Source: an uncultured Desulfosarcina sp.
GTDB lineage: Bacteria; Desulfobacterota; Desulfobacteria; Desulfobacterales; Desulfosarcinaceae
Reading direction: 5' to 3'
Assembly (NCBI GenBank): GCA_963674945.2
Contig: CAXXWQ010000003.1
Span: forward strand, 1,056,001 to 1,120,000
DNA length: 64,000 nucleotides
The position numbers were made by a program, and so were the translations under genes. Below the pieces are notes generated by a model, which saw only the letters and a list, made by a program, of their open reading frames with translations, was not told the origin of the DNA and ran no database searches. This document shows, one piece after another, positions 18,948 to 27,752 of this stretch. The stretch's first letter is position 1; the number at the start of each line of letters is the position of its first letter.

Positions 18948-21176
18948 ATGAATATTTTATTCCCACATATATTTCGCCGCAACAATCTGACGCCTGTAAC
19001 AAAATATATTGTCCCGGCCGTCGCCGTTGTCTCTTTGATCTCTTGCGGTGGCGGTGGTGGCGGCGGTGGTGTCAAGAGCACCCCGCCACCTGTCACCAAA
19101 AACCTTTCCGCCGCTGATCTTGTCATCGAAACCGATAACCCGCAAATCGGCTATCCAATGAAAGTATCGGTAACACTTGCAGCAAATGAGGCCACCACCA
19201 ATGTGAGTGTTTCCGTGTTTGCCATCGATAATAATGACGACCCGGAGGCGGAAATCCGCCAGATTCCGTTAGGCTCCGAAACGATTGAGCGACTGGATGA
19301 AGGTGCACGCTCCTATGCGTTGAATGTCAACGTCCCCTCCAGCGTCGAAATTCCGGGCAATTATTTTATCGCGGCAATTATCGATCCGGCGGAGGAACTG
19401 CCTGAAACCAATGAGGACGACAACGCCGTGTACATCGAGACAGTTCTGTATACAGGGGACCCCAATATACTGCTTTCGGAATTGGTACTCGATCGTACCG
19501 CCTTGATCATCAATACCGACACGTACGAAAAGCAGGTGACCGGAACGGCAGGAAATGTCCACAATGCGGATGCGGGTGGGACGCTTACCGTGGGGGCCAA
19601 TGGTCTGGATGTGGACGAAACGGTCGATATCGAAGCCTTTGCCAAACTGCGTCTCATGCGTTCCGACAAGGGCACGTCCCACGATGTGCCACTTTATTTG
19701 TGGAACTCGGAAGCCAGTCGGTACATCAACGCCTATGGCATCGATCCCGAAACGGGAACGGTTCTGGGAGCAGCGGAATGGCTTCCGTTGGGAAGGTTTG
19801 CGCCCCAGTTGGTGGAGAGGGTGGGTGAAGATGTAACCCTCAACGATGTGAAGCGTGACACGACACACCTGAATTTTTATTTTCCCGGAAAACTGGGACG
19901 CGAGCTCGAACAGGCCATGCGGTACCCAGCCGTTGGTTTCGGACTGCCCACCGCGCCTCCCCCGGATCTCACTCCCGAGGCGATCGAGGAGTTGCGAATT
20001 TTTTTACGGGGCCTTCCTTTCAGCGGCGTCATCGGCGATGAAAGCGAAGCCATGAAGGTGATGGATTTTGCCGTTTGCGTTGAAATCAGGCCTGTCAATG
20101 GAACCGTTATCGATTCATTGACGGAAGACAACCAACGCTGCGCCCCACTGGCAATTTTCCTGCCTCCAATCAAATCATCCCCGCCGCCACCGGAAACCGG
20201 CGGATTCGAACCGCAATTTTCCACCCCATCAAACCCATTGACGGCCGGAGACGGCTTCGGGACGAGAGGAGGAGGAGCTGCATTCGGCTACGGCCTGGAT
20301 TTCGGTGCGACTGCGACGGCCGACAACCGCGGCTATATCGAGGAGCTGCGAGGGACTTTGCCGGTAAGCATCTTTAGCTCAGATTTCGACTTCATGAATG
20401 TCACGGTTCGGGCACAGATAGTACCGGAATACGCGGGTAAGCCGGCGGGTGAGGAATCGGAGTACAGAGTGGAACTGCGTTTTCTGAATCAATTGTTGTA
20501 TGTCAGAAGTTATCCATCCGGTTCCGTAAAGTTGAGCATCAGTTTTTCGAAGGAAGCCCCCCCACCGGAGGAAGATAAGATTCCCAAGCAATACTTCATC
20601 GGACCGGTTCCGGTCGATGCGGGGGCGTCGGTGGCCGGCAACTTCGGCATTGAGTATGAATTCGGTATACGGAAACAGCTCGATGATACCTATGGCGCAG
20701 AACCGCCTGAATTGGACTTTGGAAATTCGGTCAGCCCGTTTGCCAATGTCGATGCGACGCTCTACGCAGGCGTCGGTTCCAGCCTCTATTCGGTCGGAGT
20801 CGAGGGCGTGCTGACCCTCCTGGACGAACGACTGGAGCTTTTCAGCGGTACCCAGATTGAGGTTTTCGATCGCGGATACGATAGTGGAATCGCCGAGTTC
20901 ATCATTACCCAAGGCCAGGAAATTACCAATATTTTTTCCGGTCCTGAAGGGGCGCTGAATCTTTATGCCAAGTACTCGGTTCCAAAGATTGTGACATGCA
21001 GTTGGGGGTTCGTCAAAGGCAAGTGTGTTAAAAGCAAAACGATCAAGGCGACCAAAAACATCTGGCGCTCGGGTGCGCTCTTCGAACTGAGAGACATTCT
21101 CTATGAGGACGAGGATGTGGCGTTCGACGTGGTCAAGATGGATGGTCAGGGGCCCATGTATTTCGTGAAGCCATGA
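18948..21176 (+). CDS. Lipoprotein with a CARDB/Ig-like N-terminal domain and an amphipathic beta-sheet C-terminal domain
   Basis: AAGGAG RBS; LIS-C lipobox followed by a Gly linker; GNYFIAAIIDPAEELPETNEDDN CARDB signature; Pro-rich linker; C-terminal ~300 aa of alternating beta strands. Confidence 0.75.
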   Translation: MNILFPHIFRRNNLTPVTKYIVPAVAVVSLISCGGGGGGGGVKSTPPPVTKNLSAADLVIETDNPQIGYPMKVSVTLAANEATTNVSVSVFAIDNNDDPEAEIRQIPLGSETIERLDEGARSYALNVNVPSSVEIPGNYFIAAIIDPAEELPETNEDDNAVYIETVLYTGDPNILLSELVLDRTALIINTDTYEKQVTGTAGNVHNADAGGTLTVGANGLDVDETVDIEAFAKLRLMRSDKGTSHDVPLYLWNSEASRYINAYGIDPETGTVLGAAEWLPLGRFAPQLVERVGEDVTLNDVKRDTTHLNFYFPGKLGRELEQAMRYPAVGFGLPTAPPPDLTPEAIEELRIFLRGLPFSGVIGDESEAMKVMDFAVCVEIRPVNGTVIDSLTEDNQRCAPLAIFLPPIKSSPPPPETGGFEPQFSTPSNPLTAGDGFGTRGGGAAFGYGLDFGATATADNRGYIEELRGTLPVSIFSSDFDFMNVTVRAQIVPEYAGKPAGEESEYRVELRFLNQLLYVRSYPSGSVKLSISFSKEAPPPEEDKIPKQYFIGPVPVDAGASVAGNFGIEYEFGIRKQLDDTYGAEPPELDFGNSVSPFANVDATLYAGVGSSLYSVGVEGVLTLLDERLELFSGTQIEVFDRGYDSGIAEFIITQGQEITNIFSGPEGALNLYAKYSVPKIVTCSWGFVKGKCVKSKTIKATKNIWRSGALFELRDILYEDEDVAFDVVKMDGQGPMYFVKP

Positions 21177-23044
21177 AAAAAGACAAATCAATTCAGCATT
21201 GGTGGATCATAGTCTGCGTAGTGCTGTTTCTTGTTGTGCTCGGCATTCTATGGACCCGGCAATCCGTTGTGGACGTTTCAGTGGCACCGGTCCAGCACCC
21301 CGCGTCGGATGGACACGGGACGGCTACGGCCGATGCATCCTTCGCGAGGTTGCAGTGGCGTGTTGGAACCGCCCAGCAGTACCAAGTGTATTTCGATGCC
21401 ACCATGCAAATGAACGCGGCCGGCACCGATGGAACGCAGGTCATTCGTGTCCGGATGACGTGCCTGTTGGAAATGCAAACATTGGAAGTCAGCGACAAAA
21501 ATGCATTGGCCGGCATGCGCTTGTCCGCCGTCGATTTACGGATCGGGGGCGTCGCCGACCCGCGTACCAACCAGGCACTGACGGAACCATTCCGTGTACA
21601 TTACGCCTTGGAAGGATTTCCCGAAACATTTGTGTTTCCGGCGGGTGTGACCGCCAAACATCGCGGCATGCTGGAAAACCTGGTCCGGACCTTCCAGGTG
21701 ACCATGGAAGACGAAGAGACCTGGGTCGCAAAGGAGTCGAATGCATCGGGCGCCTATGAGGCCACCTATCGGCGAGTGGCACCGCTTCGGGTAGAGAAGA
21801 ACAAAACGAACTATATCGGTTTGTCATCTGCAGCAATGGACCAAGTAGCCAGGACCACTTCCACGGAAAACTTTCAGATCGATCCGCAGCACGATTGGAT
21901 CGCTGCCATGACCGTCGACGAGACCCTGCGAACCGACGGTAATGGTGGCGTGGGAATGAAGATCACCAACCGGGCGAAGCTCACTTTGCAATCTGCGATA
22001 CACAACGTATCCCCTGATTCCTGGAATTTTGTTGCCGCGGCGCCGCCGCCGGAAGAAACCGAGGCGCCGAGGCCCATACCGACTATTTCAACGCAAGAAG
22101 CGCATCAGCAGATCCTGGAAGCGGTAACGGAACTGGATTTGGCCATGGAAGGCCGCATTGCATGGATCCATCGGTTGCAGGATCTGCTTCGTGTCGACGA
22201 TTCCCTTCCCCCCTTGCTGTTGGCGGAGATGAAGGCCCAGGACCTGAGCGATCGAACCAGGGCCGACCTCTATCTCGCATTGGAACTGGCCGGCACCGAA
22301 TCCGCCCAGACCGCTCTGGTTTCCGTGGTCGAAGATCCCGATTGGTCCACACAGGACGCCATGCGTGCCATTGTCGCGCTGGCCGGCGTGAACCGGCCCA
22401 GCGGTCAGACGGTAGCAGCCTTGTGGGATACGGTGGAGAACGTGCCGGCGAGTGAAGATCGACAGCAACTGGCGAGCACGGCGACGCTGGCCCTGGGAAG
22501 TCTCGGCAAGACCATGAACGCCGCGAATGACCCGGACTACCCGGAGCTTAGAGGACGGTTGCTTGATGGTGCGCGGACTGGCCTCGGGTCCGATTCTGCT
22601 GCCGAACAGCGAACGAACTATGTTCACGCCATCGGCAACACGGGCGACATCTCTTTGGCAAACAGCCTCATTCTCTTTCTGGATGACGAGACACCGTCTG
22701 TTCGGCGCGCTGCCGCATTGTCATTGGGACGGCTGGGAGCGGACCGGGTCGCCGATGAACTGATGTTTCGCATCGACTATGAGAAAAACAGCCAGGTTCG
22801 CGGTGCGATTGCCGAATCGCTGGTCAATTGGAAGACGCCATCGGTATCCGCCATGGCGTCGATACGTAACCAGATTCGCACGGAGCCCGATGAGCACACC
22901 CGCTACAGCATGGCCCGCTTTCTCGGTGCCAACCTGAACGAATTTCCGGAAAACAGGGCTGTCCTGGAGGATCTGATGCGAACGGAACCATCGAAGCGAA
23001 TCCGCCGGCGTGTTGCGGAAACACTGGCAACGGCTTCAAGATAG
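21173..23044 (+). CDS. Membrane-anchored HEAT-repeat protein resembling the vitellogenin/MTP N-terminal lipid-transport module
   Basis: N-terminal TM; beta-rich region (WRVGTAQQYQVYFDA..., ESNASGAYEATY); helical region with LELAGTESAQTAL, RPSGQTVAALW, ATLALGSLG, HAIGNTG, VRRAAALSLG; ATGA overlap with the upstream gene. Confidence 0.7.
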   Translation: MKKDKSIQHWWIIVCVVLFLVVLGILWTRQSVVDVSVAPVQHPASDGHGTATADASFARLQWRVGTAQQYQVYFDATMQMNAAGTDGTQVIRVRMTCLLEMQTLEVSDKNALAGMRLSAVDLRIGGVADPRTNQALTEPFRVHYALEGFPETFVFPAGVTAKHRGMLENLVRTFQVTMEDEETWVAKESNASGAYEATYRRVAPLRVEKNKTNYIGLSSAAMDQVARTTSTENFQIDPQHDWIAAMTVDETLRTDGNGGVGMKITNRAKLTLQSAIHNVSPDSWNFVAAAPPPEETEAPRPIPTISTQEAHQQILEAVTELDLAMEGRIAWIHRLQDLLRVDDSLPPLLLAEMKAQDLSDRTRADLYLALELAGTESAQTALVSVVEDPDWSTQDAMRAIVALAGVNRPSGQTVAALWDTVENVPASEDRQQLASTATLALGSLGKTMNAANDPDYPELRGRLLDGARTGLGSDSAAEQRTNYVHAIGNTGDISLANSLILFLDDETPSVRRAAALSLGRLGADRVADELMFRIDYEKNSQVRGAIAESLVNWKTPSVSAMASIRNQIRTEPDEHTRYSMARFLGANLNEFPENRAVLEDLMRTEPSKRIRRRVAETLATASR

Positions 23045-23335
23045 TACTCAGATGCTACGCTTGCCGGATTTTGTGGGAATGCCATTCTCAAGGAAAAGGC
23101 CGTATCGATAAAAGTGAAGCGTAAAAAAAGGCAAGCTTGCGGAAAAATGAGCATAACGCACAGTAACGATTTTTTAATCTGCAAAGCGGAACGAAAAATA
23201 GAGTGAAGAAAGTTTGACTTTGGCCAACCATTATTCCGATGCAAATAGATCAACCTAATTGAAAGAAATGCAGGTCCGCTACGACGATGGCATAACAGCA
23301 AAGAAGCCATCATCGATGCAAGTGAGCTATTATTG

Positions 23336-23857
23336 TCATTTTTCTGGAATTCCCGCCTTGTGATACGCTTCAAGAAGGCGATTTTTTTGTTCTATATTAT
23401 TAATATCCAATTCTTCAATTCGCGCCGTCGAATAAGTTGGTTTAATCCGCAAAACTTCAGCGGCAGCTTCACGTGCTTTTTTCTCATTACCCAACAACTG
23501 ATATGTACACGTTAATCCCGAATAGGCAAAGAGATAATCCGGGTTGCGTTCTATGGCCTTATTCCACAATGGGATTGCCTTTTCATATTGGCCGGACAAC
23601 GCATAGGACCAAGCCAGATTGTTCAAATAATTGACCGGTGTGATGGGATTGAGGCGGATAGCCTTTTCCAAAAGGGGGATCGCTTCATCATAGCGTCCCG
23701 CAAACCTAAGCACCAATCCATAAAAGAAAATGGAACTTGCAGAGTTCGGGCTTAATTCGACAGATTTCTGCATCTCGACAATGGCATTTTCGTATTGTTT
23801 CCTTAGCATAAATACGCAGCCAAGCAATCGATGTGAAGTGGGATCTTGACCAGACAA
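23336..23857 (-). pseudogene. TPR-repeat protein, probably a 5'-truncated remnant of a larger TPR signalling protein
   Basis: Four TPR-like units (AIRLNP, AIERNPDY, VLRIKPTYS) beginning mid-repeat; only a TTG start, no clear RBS. Confidence 0.55.
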
Positions 23858-23981
23858 GTCTGCAAAAATGCATCAGCGTGACATTTGGACTCAAGACGCG
23901 CACCTTAAAAATCTACCAAGAGTAAAATATTTTTCAAAAACACCCTCATACCAACTTCAGTCCCCAGCAGACCGCCAATAG

Positions 23982-24051
23982 AGGAATCGGTATTCTATTG
24001 GTAGAATACCGGCAGGTGACACATATTTTGTTCCGGTGGCACCCCCCTTCA
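23982..24051. repeat. ~70-bp hairpin-containing direct repeat, copy 1
   Basis: AGGAATCGGTATTCTATTGGTAGAATACCGGCAGGTGACACATATTT...CCCCCTTCA; matches 25721-25787. Confidence 0.8.
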
Positions 24052-24234
24052 GTGAAAGGGGTCAAGTCTGCTCTTAACTCATATAGAGATTGTGGAGTGA
24101 ATCTGCTCTCAATAGTCTTTATACTGCACAAGCTGAAATTATCTGTTTGTATCCCTACGATGGATGTTATCAAGACGTCTGTAGAATATCAATGTTGGGG
24201 CTGACGAAATCAGAGGGCACATCCAGCTATTTGA

Positions 24235-24549
24235 TCATGCGGCATTCAAAGGTTGGATTTGTGATAGTTCTTTACTATATCGTTGTTCTGAGTCCCAAAG
24301 GTCCCATGAATGTTGCACATTCAACCAGAATTCGGGTGAATTTCCAAAAAGGCGTGACAATCTGAGCGCCATAGCAGGGCTGATAGCTCGTCGTTCTCTT
24401 AAAATTTCATTTATTGTCTGGCGTGATACGCCCAAAGCGTTTGCCATGGAGGCCGTGTTAAGATCATAGTCCGGCATGAAATCCTCTCTGAGCATTTCAC
24501 CGGGATGAGTCGGTTTGATTTCTCGCTTTGTTGTATTAGGGATCGCCAT
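24235..24549 (-). CDS. higA: HigA family antitoxin (addiction module antidote)
   Basis: PTHPGEMLREDFM, LGVSRQTINEIL, AISPAMALRLSRLFGNSPEFWLNVQ. Confidence 0.93.
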   Translation of the reverse strand: MAIPNTTKREIKPTHPGEMLREDFMPDYDLNTASMANALGVSRQTINEILRERRAISPAMALRLSRLFGNSPEFWLNVQHSWDLWDSEQRYSKELSQIQPLNAA

Positions 24550-24560
24550 TTTTTCAATCC

Positions 24561-24712
24561 TTAAGGGTAATCGGTTATCTCAACATCGTAGGCATCACCT
24601 TCGATAAAACGGAAACAAATTCGCCACTGGTCATTTATCGATAAGGGATACGTTTTGATTTGCCAGTAATAAATAATCTTTGTGTTTCTTTATCGGCAAA
24701 TGTTCTTATCAA
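24561..24712 (-). pseudogene. higB: HigB/RelE-type toxin, internally deleted and frameshifted
   Basis: (TTG)IRTFADKETQRLFITGKSKRIP joined out of frame to SINDQWRICFRFIEGDAYDVEITDYP*; the central part of the toxin is missing. Confidence 0.85.
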
Positions 24713-24779
24713 AAGCCAGCTGAAAACAATCACGTGACAGTTGTCAAGTGACAAAGTAGTATCATGTTTAACGGGCTTG

Positions 24780-24837
24780 TCCCAACAATCGGCTGTTTCC
24801 GAACTCGCTTTGCTCGCCGCAAAGCCGCACGTTCCAG
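24780..24837 (+). mobile_element. Integron attC-like recombination site, copy A
   Basis: TCCCAAC-AATCGGCTGTTTCCGAACTCGCTTTGCTCGCCGCAAAGCCGCAC-GTTCCAG: AAC...GTT ends, internal dyad, 58 bp. Confidence 0.75.
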
Positions 24838-25013
24838 CAAAGTTACTATATTGAATAAGTAACACCTTTTCAAATTTCTGATTTTAAAATTTCCAGCACC
24901 CAGCCGCCGAAATCGTTCACAACAAATACCATCACTGTAATGACCGGGCACCGTCGATCCGCAAGCTTGTGTGTCGGCTGTTGCAAGGGGCTTGGCTTGG
25001 TCCGTCACCAAAT

Positions 25014-25044
25014 AAAAAGGCCGACTGCTGACAGCAGCCGGCCT
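25014..25044 (-). terminator. Rho-independent terminator of the TPR gene
   Basis: Minus-strand stem AGGCCGGCTGCT-GTC-AGCAGTCGGCCT followed by a T run. Confidence 0.7.
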
Positions 25045-25069
25045 AACTTTTTGATCTACTGTTTTTTAT

Positions 25070-25582
25070 TTACCGCTCCAGTTCCGTTTCCAGCGCATCC
25101 TCCACATGCATGTGCTGGGTCTGCCAGATGTTGTTCTCGTTCATGTAGGACTCCAGATTCTTGTTGCCCAGATGTGCCACCATTTGAGCGTCCGCCTGCG
25201 CTTCTTCCGAATTCTCCATATTGGTGTGCAATGTCGCCCGGCTGTAATAAGCGGCACCATATTCCGGATCCAGCTCGATGGCCCGATCGAAATCGGACAG
25301 GGCACGACCATATTCTCCCCGCTTCTCTTCCACCAGCCCGCGCATATGAAAGGCACGTGCATGGTCCGGGACGATGGCGATGGCACGATCGAAATCCGCC
25401 CAAGCCTGGTCCAGAAGATTCAATTTGAGATACGCCGCCCCGCGGCTGAGGTACGCTGTTATGTTATGGGCGTCATTTTCCAAAACGTGTGAAAAATGAA
25501 CGATACTTTCGCCGTAATGGGATCGGGCAAATTCGCGCATTCCCAATTCCATGAAATCGTTTACAATAGAATTGTCTGCCAT
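25070..25582 (-). CDS. TPR repeat protein
   Basis: AAGGAGG RBS before ATG 25582; repeats AYLSRGAAY, AFHMRG, DFDRAIELDPEYGAAYYSRA. Confidence 0.85.
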   Translation of the reverse strand: MADNSIVNDFMELGMREFARSHYGESIVHFSHVLENDAHNITAYLSRGAAYLKLNLLDQAWADFDRAIAIVPDHARAFHMRGLVEEKRGEYGRALSDFDRAIELDPEYGAAYYSRATLHTNMENSEEAQADAQMVAHLGNKNLESYMNENNIWQTQHMHVEDALETELER

Positions 25583-25720
25583 GTTCTTACCCTCCTTTTC
25601 CGTTCGCCGAAGATGGTCCTGGTAAAAGCCGTAAAATCTGAATTCGACGATGGACAGTGTTTTTCGCTCTGGTCTTAAAGTTAAGAATTCAATGGAAATT
25701 TTCAACTGCCGGCACCATGA

Positions 25721-25787
25721 AGGAATCGGTAGTCTATTGGTAGGATACCGGCAGGTGACACATATTTGGTTCTTGTGCCCCCCTTCA
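25721..25787. repeat. ~70-bp hairpin-containing direct repeat, copy 2
   Basis: AGGAATCGGTAGTCTATTGGTAGGATACCGGCAGGTGACACATATTT...CCCCCTTCA. Confidence 0.8.
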
Positions 25788-25981
25788 TAACCCGCAACGA
25801 TTCGAAGGGATAGAATTTCCAAATCACTGTAGCTTCGTATATTGAAGAACGCCATGGAACCTTCTTCATTTTCGCTGAAAATTTTGTTGGTTGGATATCT
25901 CCAAATTGAGTATATCCTAAAAACCAAATGTGGAAAGTTTGGCCGATTACCCCACCCTCAATCGCAGCATTTTACACCATC

Positions 25982-26052
25982 TGACCCGCGGTCAATTATT
26001 TCTTGACAGATGACTTGCGGTCAACTACCGTCTAATAAATGACCCAAGGTCA
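25982..26052 (+). promoter_or_regulatory. Sigma70 promoter overlapped by three TGAC-N5-GTCA operators
   Basis: Palindromes start at 25982, 26011 and 26040; TTGACA(26003-26008)-N17-TACCGT(26026-26031). Confidence 0.7.
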
Positions 26053-26194
26053 ATTAAGTATCGGCTTGGGGGCTGAAAACACCAGTTATTGGGAGTAATA
26101 CCCAACAATTTCCTTTTATTGGCGACCCTATCTGACTCTCGGCTCGTTGGCCTTCAGTTTTTTATAGAGAACTCATTTTTTATTTATTCAAACT

Positions 26195-27692
26195 CAATGT
26201 CGTTAACTTAACCGATCGGCTTGTACTGAGGAAAATATATGCGCGGTTTCGCTTTGTGTTTGCGCGGATATTTTCTCCCCGGCCTAATCGGTTCAACGGT
26301 TCTTTGAAAAATATATTGCAAATCGGCGATCAATCGTTTGATCATCCTTTTCGTATCGAGAAACAGCAAGACGATCACACCTTTACTTTTTGACAGCGCC
26401 TGGGTGAAATTGATCTGGTATCGGTGTTTTTTATCCACAATGTCATTGTCCATCTGGTCTTGGACAGGAAAAGCCATCATCCAGACCAGGTTTTTGGCGA
26501 AAATCTTTGCGTGAAAGTCTTGATACACAGACAGCGCAGATTGGCCAGAAAAGTTTTCCAGTTCCATCCGGCATTTGATGATTTTGTAATCCTCTTCCAC
26601 TGGCCATCTTTTGTGGTAAAGATCGCTAAACAGTTCGATTGGATATGTTCCCTTGTCAATCAGCGAAGTCATTAGCACGGCAACCTTCCCATCGTTTTCA
26701 ATGCGGATCAGACGAAGTTTTAAAGGGGTTGTGTCCAACCCCATCTGTTTGCATTGGGAAACGGAGGTAGGATGAACAGGCACGGTAACAATCTTTTCCG
26801 ATAGCCCGGAATGAAAAAACTTACGAACGACTTTCCATTTCGTACAAGACACGCGGGCACAGAAGTTGGCCTCCATGGAAAGGATCAGGTTAAAAAGCCA
26901 CCATGCCGGGTACCCCCTATCGAGAAGGATCAAATCCTTGGGCATGACGTTTAGCATGTGTTGCGCCGCCAGTTCGCGTTCACCGATACGTTTGGGCTTG
27001 ATAAGGGCATCGACGGTCATTTTGTTGAGGACATCGAAAAGCTGAGAAACCCTTGCCATGGGAGATGGCGCACCCTGACGAACGTTCCAAACGCCAAAAT
27101 GCTGGGCGACATCATCCGTCACCGGCAATTTTGTTGTAGAACCGTCAATGGCCAGCAACCGGAACCCGAACCACAACTTGGGACGAAAATGCTTTTCAAA
27201 ATAGATGATTAACTGTAAATTCAATTCAACAAAGGCTTCATACTTGAGCTTCATTCGCGCTTTTGTTAAAGCTGCTTTCGATACGACCCGTCTTGCCACA
27301 TCGAAGCGGCATAATGTCTTGAAGAATCTATCCAGTTCGTCCTGGTATGAACCTTTGACAAGGTTGATGAGAAAAACGATCAAGACATGAAACGGAAGTT
27401 TTCTATTCCGTGTGAAATCGTTCTTGTTTTTTCTGTGGCGAGCGATGAAGTCAGGAGAGGAGATAATTTCTCTTATAAATTCAATTGTTTTGGCACATAC
27501 ATTGAAAATCAGGTTTCGTGCCAAAGTTACCAAATTTCTCGCTAATTTTCGACATGGTATGCTCCTTTTGATTATATAACTGGCTGTTATTATTGAAAGT
27601 GAGTATACCATGTCGATCCACCTAATACAACATAATTTGCAATATATTTGATATGTTATGCCGTTTAACTGCTTCTTAAGTTAATGGCATTG
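26195..27692 (-). mobile_element. IS4-family insertion sequence, 1498 bp, complete
   Basis: IRs CAATGTCGTTAACTTAA / CAATGCCATTAACTTAA (15/17); perfect 10-bp TSD TATTCAAACT at 26185-26194 and 27693-27702. Confidence 0.93.
26208..27533 (-). CDS. IS4 family DDE transposase (start uncertain)
   Basis: FTRNRKLPF, LLAIDGST (D), LLDRGY (D), YHKRWPVEEDYK (Y-x2-R-x3-E motif). Confidence 0.92.
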   Translation of the reverse strand: MVTLARNLIFNVCAKTIEFIREIISSPDFIARHRKNKNDFTRNRKLPFHVLIVFLINLVKGSYQDELDRFFKTLCRFDVARRVVSKAALTKARMKLKYEAFVELNLQLIIYFEKHFRPKLWFGFRLLAIDGSTTKLPVTDDVAQHFGVWNVRQGAPSPMARVSQLFDVLNKMTVDALIKPKRIGERELAAQHMLNVMPKDLILLDRGYPAWWLFNLILSMEANFCARVSCTKWKVVRKFFHSGLSEKIVTVPVHPTSVSQCKQMGLDTTPLKLRLIRIENDGKVAVLMTSLIDKGTYPIELFSDLYHKRWPVEEDYKIIKCRMELENFSGQSALSVYQDFHAKIFAKNLVWMMAFPVQDQMDNDIVDKKHRYQINFTQALSKSKGVIVLLFLDTKRMIKRLIADLQYIFQRTVEPIRPGRKYPRKHKAKPRIYFPQYKPIG

Positions 27693-27752
27693 TATTCAAA
27701 CTGGTATCCCTAAAAAGGATAGCAGTTTTAAAATCTAAAAAAGGAGGGAAAA

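Noticed and set aside
19047..19070. GGT/GGC run as a contingency repeat
   Set aside because: It encodes an ordinary Gly linker after the lipobox Cys, with mixed codons and in frame
25583..25927. N-terminal extension of the TPR ORF given in the ORF track
   Set aside because: It runs through the non-coding 70-bp repeat; a strong RBS supports ATG 25582
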